Shown here one piece after another: positions 24,726 through 37,005 of a stretch of DNA of 64,000 bases. Under the pieces are notes generated by a model, which was not told the DNA's origin, made no database searches, and was given only the letters and a program-made list of their open reading frames with translations. This DNA comes from Lama guanicoe (taxonomy: Eukaryota): contig MU053574.1 in the NCBI GenBank assembly GCA_013239625.1, positions 124,001 to 188,000 of the forward strand, read 5' to 3'. The first letter of the stretch is position 1. Each line of letters opens with the position of its first letter. Position numbers and translations under genes: made by a program.

Positions 24726-25295
24726 TCATTTAACTTCCCTGAGACTCAGTTTCCTCAAGTGTACATTGGAACAGGACGAGTTGTGACCTCAGAGGGTCGC
24801 TGGGAGGACTGGAGGTCGAGAGCTGAGCTGGCCACTGGCACGTGGTTCACGCTCCCAAACAGAAGTTCTCACCATCCTTTCCTGCTTCTCCACCTGACCT
24901 TTTATTTTCACCCACGTGTTGGCACCTCGGGTCAGTTTCAGGTGCTTTTCCCGGAATGGGAGCCTGGAGAACGGACTCCAGCCTCAGGCAGGGCTAAGCG
25001 GGGCGAGATGAACGTTTAAGCTTGACTCTGAGAGTTGAGGGCCTCAAAGGTGCGGACACCTGCCCGGACAGCCCAGGATGCAGGGTTGTTTCTGAGCATC
25101 ACAGATATCTCACTGCCCCCCAAATCTCCCTCGAGCCAAAGGCCTCTTCCAATTGGACATCAAGCCAACTTGGTCCATCAGGGACTGAAAGGTGTTAAGG
25201 GCGGGTGGTGGAGAGACCCAGATCGGGGAGGCAGGGTCAGGGACCCCCAATCTGTCACACTCAGAGCAGGGAGAGAGACTGGCCACAGTCCCCTA

Positions 25296-25499
<204 letters not shown>

Positions 25500-26058
25500 C
25501 TACAGGCAGGGACAACATGTGAGGCCCCCAGGGGCTACAGAAGCAGCCGGACCACACCTCCAAGCCCAGCTCAGCCAGATGGGCGGACAGGGGCAGCAGC
25601 ACTGGATGACCGATTCTGCTGGCCTGCGCTGTGCGTCCTGGGAAGGTCTCTTTCCTTCTCTGTGGCTGGCTTTCCTGTATGGAGTCTGGGAGCAGAAATC
25701 TGAAAGGCCACTCCTGGCCATCTCTGGAGGCTGAACTGCCTGGGGGTTAAGAGCCAGCAGTTGGCCAGAGCCAGGCTTGAACTCTGGTTCTGAGATCTAC
25801 TTGCTGTGTGCTCTTGGGCAAGTGACTCAACCTCTCTGAACTTTAGCCCTTCTTCCACTTCCCAGGGCTCATGCGTATCAAATGCTAAGTAAAGGTCTGA
25901 GCACATGGTCAAGGCTCAATGAATGGTGATGAGGATGAACATTGTGAATCCTTGATGCTACCAGAGGACTCAAGAGCCACAGCACAGGGAGCACCCCGCT
26001 ACGAACACTCCCAGCTCCCAAGGAGAGGAGGCCGGCCCACCTGCACACCCTCACTCAC

Positions 26059-26330
26059 CTTGTTACACTTGACGCAGTGGTACGCGTCCATGCCCGGGGA
26101 GTAGTGGAGGCTGAAGTCCAAGGGCGGCTCGGTGCTGGGCACCAGAGGGCTGCCGTACAGGCTGACGGAGCGCTCCAAGAAGGCAGACTGCATGGTGGAG
26201 GGGGCCTGCCTGTAGCTGTGGCCATAGGATGAAGCCAAGGTGTCCCAGGAGAAGCTGGGCTTGTAGAATGGGGGTGAGTCGGAGGATGGCAAGTCCCCAT
26301 CCTGGGGTCGGGACATCAAAACAGGGCCCT
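26059..26330 (-). CDS. GFI1B: GFI1B coding exon 3 (linker, start of ZF1)
   Basis: CTCCACAG|AG ... AAG|GTGAGT. Encodes [12 protein letters not shown]...[11 protein letters not shown]. 272 nt. Confidence 0.97.
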
Positions 26331-26752
26331 CTGTGGAGAGGGGGACAGATGGCTGGTGGTGACATGAAAAACAGGGCACTTGTTCCCTGCCACCCCCACA
26401 GTGACCTCGTGCCGAGGCCTTTGGTGTGTAGCTCAGATTGTTTACTGTCGGAGAGGGTCTGGGGCCTCACTTTTCGGTCCAGAAATGTGCCCCAGCCCCT
26501 GCGCAGTGCCTGCCTCACCCTGTGCACCAGCCTGGCCGGCTGGTTCCTCCGCCCCACCGTACGGAAGAGCTCATCTGGGAACGAGCTCCCCAGCCTGGAG
26601 GAATCCAGGCAGAAGCCCGAGAGCCTGGATTCCCCCGACTCCACAGCTCCAAGGGGCTCTGCTTCCACAAGCCCACCCACACTCCAGCCCCTTTGCGCTC
26701 GCTGGCGAATGGCCCCACGCGCTGGGAAATGGCCGGAGGCCCAGGTGGCTAC

Positions 26753-26890
26753 CTGGGGCCGGGCCCATCCTGGTCAAGCTCTGGTCCAGCTCTGGTTCTG
26801 GCTCCTGCTTGAGGTCAGTCCAGTCCAGGCACTGGTTTGGGAACAGGGTGCCGAGGACAGGGTTGTTGCTCAGGACCTGGTCCCCGGCCA
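26753..26890 (-). CDS. GFI1B: GFI1B coding exon 2 (linker with LKQE SUMO consensus)
   Basis: CCCCACAG|TG ... CCAG|GTAGCC. Encodes [46 protein letters not shown]. 138 nt. Confidence 0.95.
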
Positions 26891-27340
26891 CTGTGGGGAG
26901 ACAAGACCGTCAGAATCAGCAGCTGCAGCTCCGGGAAGTCTGGAGGGAGTTGGGGGAAGGAGGGGCATCCACTGCTGCTCACACTCAGGGGCTCTGCCCA
27001 GGATGGTGGGAGAGGGTGGAGTCCAGCAGGAGACCCCCGAGGAGAGTCCTTGGATCAGTCTCAGTTTCTGAGTATCGGACGTCAGCCCTAGATCTGCTGA
27101 CCAATTAGGAGCCACACATCAGTGACTGAAGACCAGCTCCAATCAGCGTGCTCTCATCTCCCCACGGGGTCAGGAGAGATGGGTGCATTTACTCATTCAC
27201 TTAACCAGCATTTGCTGAGCTCCTCCTGCTTAAAGACTTGGAAGAGAGGCTACATCAGGTCGGATGTTACTTCATCTTTGTCACATGGGGCAGGGGGTCC
27301 CGGTGGGCGCAGCAGAAGCCTGGCCTGGGCTCTGACTCAC

Positions 27341-27440
27341 CAGGGCCGAGGGCAGGAGGCCAGAGCGGCTCATCCTCCTGGGCGCGGGGCAGGTGGTAGC
27401 TGTGAGCCTTCTTGCTCTTGACCAGGAAGGAGCGTGGCAT
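27341..27440 (-). CDS. GFI1B: GFI1B coding exon 1 (SNAG domain); the exon starts at 27460 with 20 nt of 5'UTR
   Basis: Encodes [33 protein letters not shown]. Acceptor CTGCAG| at 27461, donor CCTG|GTGAGT. The six exons sum to 993 nt = 330 aa + stop. Confidence 0.97.
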
Positions 27441-27549
27441 TGTCAGCAGGTGCCCCACACCTGCAGGGCGAGAGGGTGAGAACAGTTAGGAGAGACAAGA
27501 GGACCATACTCCTCTGTATTTTAGCACCTCCTCCTAAAATCAGAATCCA

Positions 27550-28160
27550 CTGTCCTGGGTTGAATAGTGTCATCCAGAAGTTCATGTCCACCTGGAACCC
27601 GTGAATGTGACTTTATTTGAAAACAGTCTTTGCAGATGCAATCAAGTTAAGATGAGGTCACACTGGCTTTGGAGAAATCCCATATGACTAGTGTCCTCAT
27701 AAGAAGAGGGAAATTTGGTCATAGAAACACACAGGATGAAAGCCACGTGGAAGTGTGACAGGGATTGGAGGGACAAGGCAACCACCAGGAGCTGGGGGAG
27801 AGGCCTGCAACAGACTCTCCCTCAGAACCCGTGGGAGGAGCTGACTTTGCTGACACCTTGATTTTGGATTTCTAGACTCCAGGACTCTCAAAGAATACAT
27901 TTCTTTCCTTCCTTCCTTCCTTCCTTCTTTCCTTCCTCCCTTCCTTCCCTCCTTCCTTTTTTTAAATTGAAGTACAGTCAGTTACAATGTGTCAGTTTTT
28001 GGTGTACAGCACAGTGTCTCAGGCATACATATACATACATGTAATTGTTTTCATATTCAAAGAATACATTTCTGTTGCGTTAAGCCTCCCGGTTTGTGGC
28101 ACTTTGTTACAGCAGTTACAAAGCCTAATGTGCCTCACTAGTCTCTTGCTAGGAAACTAA
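27550..28160 (+). mobile_element. MLT1 LTR interrupted by a tiny antisense L1 fragment
   Basis: tgtcctgggttgaatagtgtc...gtgaatgtgactttatttgaaa...ttaagcctcccggtttgtggcactttgttacagcag. The insert at 27905-28056 is flanked by TCAAAGAATACATTTCT. Confidence 0.8.
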
Positions 28161-30129
28161 TACACCCACTTCTAGAAAACCCCAGGGTCAGCTTGTTCCC
28201 ACCGTGTGCCCTGAGTTGCACTGAGAGCAGAGGAGGAAGTGTGGGTGTATCTCCATTTGTGACACACTGTGGACCCTGCACCCAGCAAGCTACATCTGCA
28301 TCCCGGTGGGACTTGCATTCAGAGGCCGTGGAAAGTGGTCTGAGCTCAGGTTTTTGGGTTAGATGCTCATGGGTTAGGATCCCAGCTCACCTGCTGTGCA
28401 ATTTGGGGTACAGGCTTAACCTCTCTGGACCTATTCCCTTTCCGTGCAGTGGGCATCCAGGCTGGTGGTGTCGGCCGGTGCATTTTATGTGCCCAGTGCC
28501 TATCAGAGAGGGACCTGGCAGGTGGGCTGCAATAAGAAGGGGGCACCTCAATGCCAAGTCCACGTTATTGTGCAAGCTGGGAGCTGATGCAGCCAGAGCA
28601 GGCCTGTGCCTTGTCCACAGCCCCAGCCCAGAGTCTGGTCCCTAGAGGTGGAGGAGGGGCTTTTTCTCTCTCAGTGTGGGTGGAGGGGAAAGTTGGAGTT
28701 GGTTGTGGGGGGCTCAAGGCCCGAGAGGACCCCACTGGAGGCCTGAGGCCATTTTGTGCACAAGGAGGAAGAGACCAATGTCCACAAGCTCCAGGACGAA
28801 GTGCCGGGCATGCCGGCCCAGGCGCCTCACCGAGCCTGCTGGTCGGGGTGGGGCAGTAGCAGAGCCGGGACCAGCCTGACCACCCGGTCCTCCTGGCTTC
28901 GGTGCAGAGCCCTCTCCTGCCCCCTAAATGATTCACAGCCCTGTGCTCATTATGAGGCTCTCTTGAGTGCTCCCAGGAGACAGAACATCTTGCAGTGGTC
29001 CTCTCTGCTCCCCACCCCCACGCCACACCCAGGCAGAAGCTCAGACGACATACTCAGCCAGTGCCATTCCCCAGGCCTCAGAGGAGGAGTGAGTCCCCAT
29101 CCCAGGCCAGCCCAGCCACCAGGCAGGGCGGCAGGGGCGATAGGGCCAAGCGCGGGAAAGGGATCACGCAGCTCTGAACAACAGCGAGGGCCTGGGTGAT
29201 AAGGTCACGGCCAAGGAGCAGGCTGGGAGGAGGCAGATTAGAGAGCTTGGAGCTCTGCCTTGGGAGCAGCCCCGGGGAGTCACCCCTTCCCCAGGGAGCT
29301 GACCCAGAGCAAACAGAATGGTACCCCAGCTGCACCCAGACTTGCCTGCCTTTCTGGGGGATCAGGAGTTCGGGCCGTGGCTACCCTGCCCGGGGGAATC
29401 CCAGGCCCAGCCCTCCTTGACACAGGCCTCAGTGTCCAGGTGTGCTAACTGGGGGACACAACCAAACTCCCGGGACTGCTGGGGCAGTAAAGGACCTTTA
29501 TTTATTACAAACCAGTGTGTAAGGGCCTGGTGTGGTGCCTGGGCTGCGGGAGTGCCCAGGGGATAGGAGGCTTCTGGAAAGCAGGCACTGCTCGAGTCCT
29601 ACCCTGTCTGGTGGCACCCTTAACTCCTGGCCCAAAGCTGGCCCGTTCTGCAAGCCCGGACACGCTCCAGGCGCCTCCCCTCTGGGCTCTGAAATGAGAG
29701 GGTGGGACCTGAAGGCTCTGGGGGCCAGTCCAGCTGTCAGATTTTGGCCTCACCAGGCTTGGCTGGCCCGCTGTCCTCCCCCGCATGTGCAGCAGCCCGC
29801 GGTGGCCTTATCTCCCAGGGACAGTCTTCCTCCCGCCTCCTCCCCCTCCCCCAGCAGGGCTCCCCATCCCCTCCTTCCTTCCCCCTTCTAACCCTTGGCT
29901 TCTGGAGCCCCCTGAGGAGGCCAGACCCTGGGCAGAGCAGGAGGAGACCCCCACACTTTAGGAGAGGACTGAGGGGGTGGCGCTGGGTTCCCCTGGCCTT
30001 TTGTTCTGCAGGTGGGGGAGCCTCCAGGGCTGTGGTCTGTGTTTCTATCCAAAGACGATTTATTTTGAACATAGTATTTCATTAGTAAATCAACTAGAAC
30101 CAGAGGTAGGAATTAAAACCACTGAACTA

Positions 30130-30252
30130 GCTTATGGTGAAAAAGAATATGAAAATGAATGTGTGTATGCTCGTGTTCGACTGAAGTATTGTGCTGCACA
30201 CCAGACCGACATACACTGTGAACTGACTGTACTTCAACACAAATATATGTAC
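30130..30252 (+). mobile_element. Short L1 3' fragment
   Basis: ttatggtgaaaaagaatatgaaaatgaatgtgtgtatg...gtgaactgactgtacttcaa, with imperfect flanking duplication (aaccactgaactag / atccactgagctag). Confidence 0.7.
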
Positions 30253-32059
30253 AAATCCACTGAGCTAGAACACCAGGAAATACTTCTTGCTCCCAATCTG
30301 CAAAGCCTTAGCTCCCTCAGTCCTGACCTGTGAGCATTTTATAGAGGAGGCGCTGAGGCTTAGAGACTGGCCCAGGATCCCAAGGCAGAGCGAGGCCAAG
30401 CTGGCCTCTGATGTCTAGCCCCTCCAGGCCTCAATGTCCTTGATCAACAGGCCACGGCGGGGCACTTGTTCAGGGCAGAGGGAACTGAGCCGAGAAGCCG
30501 AGGAGGACAGCAGGAGAGGGTGGAAAGCTCCCTGGTGGGCACAATGTCATTGAATCTGACACCCCCACCCCCCGGGCAAGGGAAGCAGTGATTGTCTTCC
30601 CGGGTCACGGGGGTAGAGGGCACCGAGACGGAGAGAGGCAAGTGGCCTGTCCAGGGCCCCACAGCAGAGCCAGGCCCGGCGCTCCTGTCCTGCTAGGACT
30701 TGGCTCCTGGCCCAGCGCTCTGCTCATCCTCATTTGTGGTCCTTTCAACACCCGAGGAAGATGGCCTGCCTGGAGCAGGAAGGGGAGGGCCTGTTGGTGG
30801 AGCAAGATGGTGGAAAAAATCTAATTCCCTTGATGCTGGGCCTTTCCCGGAACCCAGAAGGCCACAACTGGGCTCCTGAGCAGTGCTGGGTGGAGGGAAG
30901 GCAAGAGAACAGACTTCTTTTAGAAAGCTTCGGGGATCCCTTGGGCTCAGAACCTGAGGAGACTCCAGAAGTCAGCTGATTGGAAGCTGGGGTGACAACC
31001 CAGCAATGGCTCCCCAGGGTTCAGGACACACACAAGGGGAGCAAGAGGGGGTCCCAGGGTCTGGGGCTCTCCTGCTGGAGGACGGCTTCTTGGGGCCCCC
31101 AATCTCCCCCCGCCCCTCCCTGGCACATTCTCTCTGCTGAACCTGGCAAAGTAACAGTGGCACAGCCAACCCCTTGGCCGAGCCTTCGAGCTCACCGTGG
31201 TGGCCAAACACACTCAGAGAACTTCCTTTTGGCCCCTGTTAGTGGAGTTTAAAAAAAAAAAAAAACAGGAACCAATCACCTATCCTGCAGTTAATTAACA
31301 ACCACACCGTTTTGATTCACACGAACCTGTTCTGAGAAAGAGCTCAGAGCAGAGATTGTGAAAGAAGCCCAAGATTTCTTCATAAAACAGTGGCCTCGAT
31401 GGTATCGGGCCTCCGGAAAGAACCTCACTGTTAAGATCTCTTCAAAAAACCCCAATCTTGACAGAGGGTCCCCTGACCCTGAGTCAGAATCTCGGCCAGT
31501 GCTTCTGAAGGAGGTGGGGAACAGCCCTGCGCCCCAACTTCCACATGGAGTCAGAGCAGCAGGCCTGTGACTTCCCAGCAACAGGCGCCTCGTGTCTCCC
31601 GGGGGCCGAGTCAAGTTCTGTGACCTTGAACGGGACCAGGTCAGCTGCCAACCTGGGGCTTGGTTTTCCTATCTCTCAACAGGGACGGTTGGACTAAGAT
31701 TTCTAAACTTCCCTTTTGCTCTAAAATCCCAAGCTGGGTTCGTTGATTTTAGCACAGGACCGACCCACCTTGACTAAGAAACTCATCACTCGGGTTCCCT
31801 TTTTGGGAGGGTTGGGTAAGACGCCGCTGTTTCTCAGAGTCTGCTGCAGAGGACCCTTTGGACTTCCTTTCTGTTTAAAGACGTGACTCAAGGGGAAACA
31901 CAAACAAACAATCAGAAAAGACATCCTTTCCGTCTAGGAGTCGGGGGGGAAGCAAGCGCGGGTAGCTCTAGGGGTCCCAGCACAGAGTGGTCATTGTTTT
32001 TATTTCAAAGTTGGAAGCAGTTCTCCTCCTAAGTTCACAGAAGGCAATATCAGAAACGG

Positions 32060-32635
32060 GTGAATCCACTTCTAGGTCTGTACCCAAAAGAACTGAAAGC
32101 AGGCACTTGATGTTTGTACACCCATGTTTATAGCAGCATTATTCACAATAGCCAAAAGGTGGGATTTACAACCTGAGTGCCCGCTGCTGGATGAATGGAT
32201 AAACAAAACGTAGCATACACATAGCAATGGAATAGTATTCGGTCCTCAGAAGGAAGGAGATCCTGACATAGGCTACAACGTGGATGAACCCTGAGGACAT
32301 TGTGCCTCTCGAAATTGAGCCAGACACAGAAGGACAGGTGCTATATGATTCTACTTATGTGAGTTACCTAGAGGGGTCAGATTCAGAGACAGAGAGTAGG
32401 ATGATGGGGGCCAGGGGCTGCGGGCGGGGTAGAGAATTGGCAGCGAATGTTTAAAGGGGACAGAGCTTCAGATTTTTGCAAGATGAACAAAGTTCTGTGA
32501 ATGGACAGTGGTGACGGTAGCACAACAGTGTGAAAGTATTTAATGCCACTGGGCCATCCACTTAAAAATGGTTAAAACGGTCAACTTCATATTATGTATA
32601 TTTTAACCTCAATAAAAATCTTAAAAAGAATGAAT
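32060..32635 (+). mobile_element. L1MB-like 3' fragment
   Basis: tccacttctaggtctgtacccaaaagaactgaaagcagg...cacttaaaaatggttaaaacggtcaac. Confidence 0.85.
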
Positions 32636-32725
32636 AAAACATTTTCTGAGCATCTCTGAATCAAAGACTAAAGCAGCTCCCATTGGTTTGAATTTCTGGA
32701 AACAAAGGAACGAAAACCTCCATCT

Positions 32726-32775
32726 AGCCTGAGAAGGCTAGAGAAGCCTGAGAAGGCTAGAGAAGCCTGAGAAGG
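32726..32775. repeat. 19-bp tandem repeat, ~2.6 copies
   Basis: AGCCTGAGAAGGCTAGAGA x2 plus AGCCTGAGAAGG. Confidence 0.9.
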
Positions 32776-34030
32776 TTTCTGAGGGGGCGGGGAAGTTGCG
32801 AGGTACCACATGGCATCCGGCTAGTCTTCCCGGGGTCGGGGTGCGATCTGGCCCCCCAGCCTTCGGGAGACCTTGTGCTCCCCAGTGGGACCCCTCACTC
32901 CACCCCCGCTCTCCTGAGAGCCCCCAGAAAGTGGTCTGCACTGGTTCTGGGTGTCTCCATCAAACCTAATCCAGGCACAGCTCTCTGGCTGTCCCTGAGA
33001 ACTTCCCGCAGGGAAACCGGCAGAGCGACCCTCAGATCTGGGTGGAAGGAAACCTCACACATCTTCCTTATGCAAAGAGTCCCTCCTGCACCACCTCTGA
33101 GGACAAGAAACTTGCCACCTCACAAAGACTGCTGCCGTCTGCCCACCGCCCACTAAGAACCACGCAGACGAGTAAGCCCAGATGGGCGGGTGCAGCCCAG
33201 CTAGCTTCTACCAGATCCATGTCCAGAGACTACAAATTAACTTGCACCCCTCCAAAGCATCTCATGAAAGCTGTGAACTTTCTCCCCAGAAAAATGTACA
33301 CAGGCACATACCAGCCGTGATGCTGTGGAATGCCTCCTTAAGAAGCCCGACTTCAGGGCAAGCACTTCTGCCCGGATGCCCAGACTCTAACTTGGCTTTT
33401 TTGTCAAAATTAAGCAGCACCACCTCCCCATCTCTTGTTCCTGGAGGCTGGGGGGAGTGCGGTGGAGCTGGCAACCCCCGCTTCCCCTCGGTAGAGAGCT
33501 CTGTAGGACAGACTGTGGGTGAGAGGCACCTCTTTCTCAGAGTGTCCCAGGAACATCGGTGAAGGTCGCCTGGGACTGCGGGATGCTGGAGCGCCAACCT
33601 CCTTCAGCGTTCTCAGCCCCGCTCATTTCATAGCCAAAGAAAAGCTCAGGGTGCCCTGGGGACAGAACCAGTTGTGCCTGAACCAACTCCACGTGTGTCG
33701 TGCCTCACCCGCCCAGACCCTGGGATGTAGATATGGCATCGTGCAGGTAGGTGACATCCATCAGCCTAAAATCGAGTCTTGGAAGGCTGTCCATGCCCAG
33801 ATGGCGGACGGTAACTCCTCCACGGGCTCGCAGCATCTCAGATAAGACTAACTCCTTACCACTCTTCTCCGAGTTCAAGGGCTGAAAGTCACATTCCATA
33901 AAAGAGATCCGTCCAGCCCACCTTATTCTTCCTAGGACTGCCAAGGGGACCAGGGAACCTGCTTGGAAGCAATCTAAGTCAGACATGCAAATTTAGAAAG
34001 AAGAGGCAGGGGCGTCCTGTGGGCACTCAC

Positions 34031-34150
34031 CTGTCCCAGCTCGCGTGTCCCGCGGTAGGAACCTCGCTGCCTCCCTCTGGGGATATGCGCCACCCGGTCA
34101 ACTTCGTGACTCTCTGCACAAATAGATACTTCTCCTTTTTTTTCCCCTCT
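34031..34150 (-). other. GFI1B: GFI1B non-coding exon 1 (5' boundary approximate)
   Basis: Strong donor GACAG|GTGAGT at 34030, directly downstream of a GATA/CCAAT/AATC promoter block. No uATG in the exon. Confidence 0.75.
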
Positions 34151-34189
34151 CTCTCTCTCTGTTTTTTTTTTTTCCTCTTCTGTTCCCCT

Positions 34190-34330
34190 CCCTGATTTTC
34201 AATCTGATTATTTGTGTCAAAATCTGGCGGTGAAGGAACAGCCAATAGAGGGAGGGCGAGAGTGCTGGGCCGTATTTGCTTATCAAAGCTTTCCAGGACT
34301 CACGACTCTCCATTCTCCTGTCCAATCCTC
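34190..34330 (-). promoter_or_regulatory. GFI1B: GFI1B proximal promoter
   Basis: AATC/GATT cores at 34194, 34201, 34206 and 34221; CCAAT 34242-34246 and 34322-34326; TTATCA 34280-34285. Matches the known GATA1 + NF-Y + GFI1B autoregulation architecture. Confidence 0.75.
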
Positions 34331-34479
34331 TGCTCCTGGAGCAGCACTCTTTCTCTCTGGAAACTTTTAATAACATGTAGATAGAAAAAGTAATGGCTAA
34401 ATTATTAAATTTTAAAAATTAAAGTTAAAACAAAACATTTACTTATAAACCCGATTTTGGGTAGAGAACTCAGAAAGTT

Positions 34480-34600
34480 TTCCTTCCTTCATTCCTTGCT
34501 CCTTTCTTTCCTTCCTTCCTTCCTCCCTCTTTCCCTTTCTTTCCTTCCTTCTTTCTTTCCTTCCTCCCCCTCTTCCTTTCCTGCCCTCGCTTGCTCCCTC
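34480..34600. repeat. CT-rich low-complexity / (TTCC)n-like tract
   Basis: Directly visible. Confidence 0.85.
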
Positions 34601-34866
34601 CCCAAGCTCAGCATCCCCAGCCTGGGGCGGGGCGTTCCGCTGCAAAGCCCTGGACTCGCTCCCCTAGACCGCTTTTAGAGTGGCCTCGCTTGTCCTTGCA
34701 GAGGTCGCTGTTGAGAAAAAAAGTCAAACTCACGTTTCCCCCAACGTGACCCTAGGACAGGTGAGGAGCAGCGGGCGTGGTACTGAGCATGGGGGCTGCC
34801 CGCTTCCCCGACCCTCGGCGGCTCAGGCCCCCTGGCAGCCTGTGCTCCTGTCCCAGGGCCCGCGTG

Positions 34867-34885
34867 TGCTGCCATCTGGTGGCTG
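34867..34885 (-). promoter_or_regulatory. CTCF-like motif upstream of the GFI1B promoter
   Basis: Minus strand CAGCCACCAGATGGCAGCA. Confidence 0.6.
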
Positions 34886-36269
34886 TGGAGGAAGCCAGGG
34901 GAGGCCCTCCAGGTGTGCCAGCACCTGCGGGAAAGCTGGGATGGCCAGGCTGGGACCTGGAGCCCCACCCCTCAGCCCTCACCTCCTCCTTCCTCCTCCT
35001 CTGCCCCCCCCCCCAACCTCCGGCTTAAGGCACGGCTGGTTTATTTCAGGAGGTTTTGCATAAGAGGAGAATTCACAGAACAGAGCACTGTTATGCTGAT
35101 TTGCATGACCCTCCAGCCCAGTGCTGGAGAGATTATGTTTCCCTCATAAAGAAAACAAGTTTGGCGACAGGAAGCCCTGACATAACTGAAGTCCAAGGTC
35201 AGAGAGGAGAGGGAGGCGGGGGTGGGTGGTGGATGGGGCGGGCTCTCCCTGCTGCTGGACCGGGCCCTCCAGCCAGTGGCAGCCTGGAGGTCACCCGGGT
35301 CCCCACCACAAGCCAAACACGGGGGACAGTCGGTCTCTCCTCTCGACGGAGAGAGGTTAGTGGAAACACCTGGCATGGTCTCTGGATGCTGCACTTCGCC
35401 AGCAGTCAACTGAAGTGTCTGTCACTAGGGCAGAAAACTTGAAAAATAATTTAAGGACGTTAAGAAAAATAAAAAATAATTAGAAAATTTATATTGGAAA
35501 TAAAAAGAAACGTTAAAAAATAATTGGAGGACATTAGGAAAAATAAAAAATACTTAGAAAAATTATTAATTAGAAGTAAGAAGAAAAATCAGAAGTAATT
35601 CAAGGACCTGTCCCTTAACCGGACGCATCCCCATTTCTTCACGTACTTCATTGTACACACATGCCTGTGTTTTGCTATTGTCAACCAGCAGGTCATTTTT
35701 CCCACTGAGTGTTAAATTCTCCATGGCTTTTACGAACATGTTTAACAGCTCCAGGTTTTCATGGCTCACCTTGCCAACCCCTTTTCCCTCTGAGGCATTT
35801 AGTCGTTTGGGGTATTTCCTAGCGTAAAGCTGCTGTATCGGGCATGTTCAGTTCAGCTGCTGTTCTAAGATGTAATCCCACCCAGGGTCCTTATCTTCCC
35901 CCTCGAGTAACCATCTCAGGGACTCCCTTCCTAGACCAGGATCCCAGCCTGCAAGTAAATGCAGGACTTCCAGGGAACCACCGGGGCCCCCAGCCCCCAG
36001 CCCCTGGGCACATCAGTTGAAGCCAGGAGGCCCCACATAGGCTCTTGCTGTCTGAGACCTCCTAGCCTCTGGGTCCTCTCCCGGGCTGCCTGCAGGGCCA
36101 GAACCTCTCCCCTTGGTAGCCAGTCCTGGGAACAACGGGCCTTCATTTGGTCCCTCCCAAGGGCTAAGTCCCTGCACCGTCTCTGTGCCCATTCATTCAC
36201 TAGTGCAAGTTCTGTCGGTACCTCTCACGTGGCAGGTCCCTCCTTTTTCTCTCTTCCTCCTCCTCACTC

Positions 36270-36603
36270 AGGCCACCATAACAAAACACCACGGACTCAG
36301 TGATGAAAACAATATTTATTTCTCACAGAGGCTGGGAAGTCCAAGGTCAAGGTGCTGGCAGATTCAGTCTCTGACAAGGACAAGCTTCCTGGCTTGTGGA
36401 CGGCCACCTTCCCCCTGAGTCCTCACCTGGCAGAGAGAGGGTGAGCTCTGGTCTCTCTTCTTGTGAGGACACTAATCCCATCATGGGGGTCCCAACTTCA
36501 AGACCTCAACTAAACCAAATTACCTTCCAAGGCCCTACCTCCACATACCATCATTCATTCATCAACATGAATTTTGGAGGTACACAAACATTCAGTCCAT
36601 CAC
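36270..36603 (-). mobile_element. MLT1A-like LTR
   Basis: ccataacaaaacaccacggact...ggaagtccaaggtcaaggtgctggcagatt...acacaaacattcagtccatcaca. Confidence 0.75.
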
Positions 36604-36669
36604 ACTCCCTTAGCTAATACCTGTTTATTGAGTACCTAGTAGGTACCAGATGCTAGGGGTTCAAACAAG

Positions 36670-37005
36670 AAACAACCTATACAGACATCTCTCCAATGAA
36701 GACATAGAGAGGACCACTAGGCACATGAAAAGATGCTCAACATCGCTAATTTTCAGAGAAATGCAAGTCAAAACTACAGTGAGGTATCACCTCATACCGG
36801 GCAGAATGGCCATCATCAGAAAGTCTACAAACGATAAATGCTGGAGAGGGTGGAGAAAATGTGGAGAAAAGGGCACCCTCCCACACTGTTGGTGGGAATG
36901 CAATTTGATGCAGCCATTCTGGAAAGCAGTGTGGAGATTCCTTTAAAAACTAAAAATAGAGTTAAATATGACCCAGCAATCCCACTCCTGGGCCTATATC
37001 CGGAG
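36670..37005 (+). mobile_element. L1 ORF2 3' fragment
   Basis: ORF 36650-36946 reads [41 protein letters not shown], the L1 ORF2 C-terminus. Confidence 0.9.

Noticed and set aside
26229..27108. 280-aa and 242-aa plus-strand ORFs (also 23062-23769 and 25035-25703)
   Set aside because: Shadow ORFs antisense to GFI1B exons and introns, with no recognisable domain.
32726..32775. Short direct repeats as CRISPR-like arrays (also 21425-21458 and 35440-35570)
   Set aside because: Eukaryotic DNA; simple slippage duplications without spacers.
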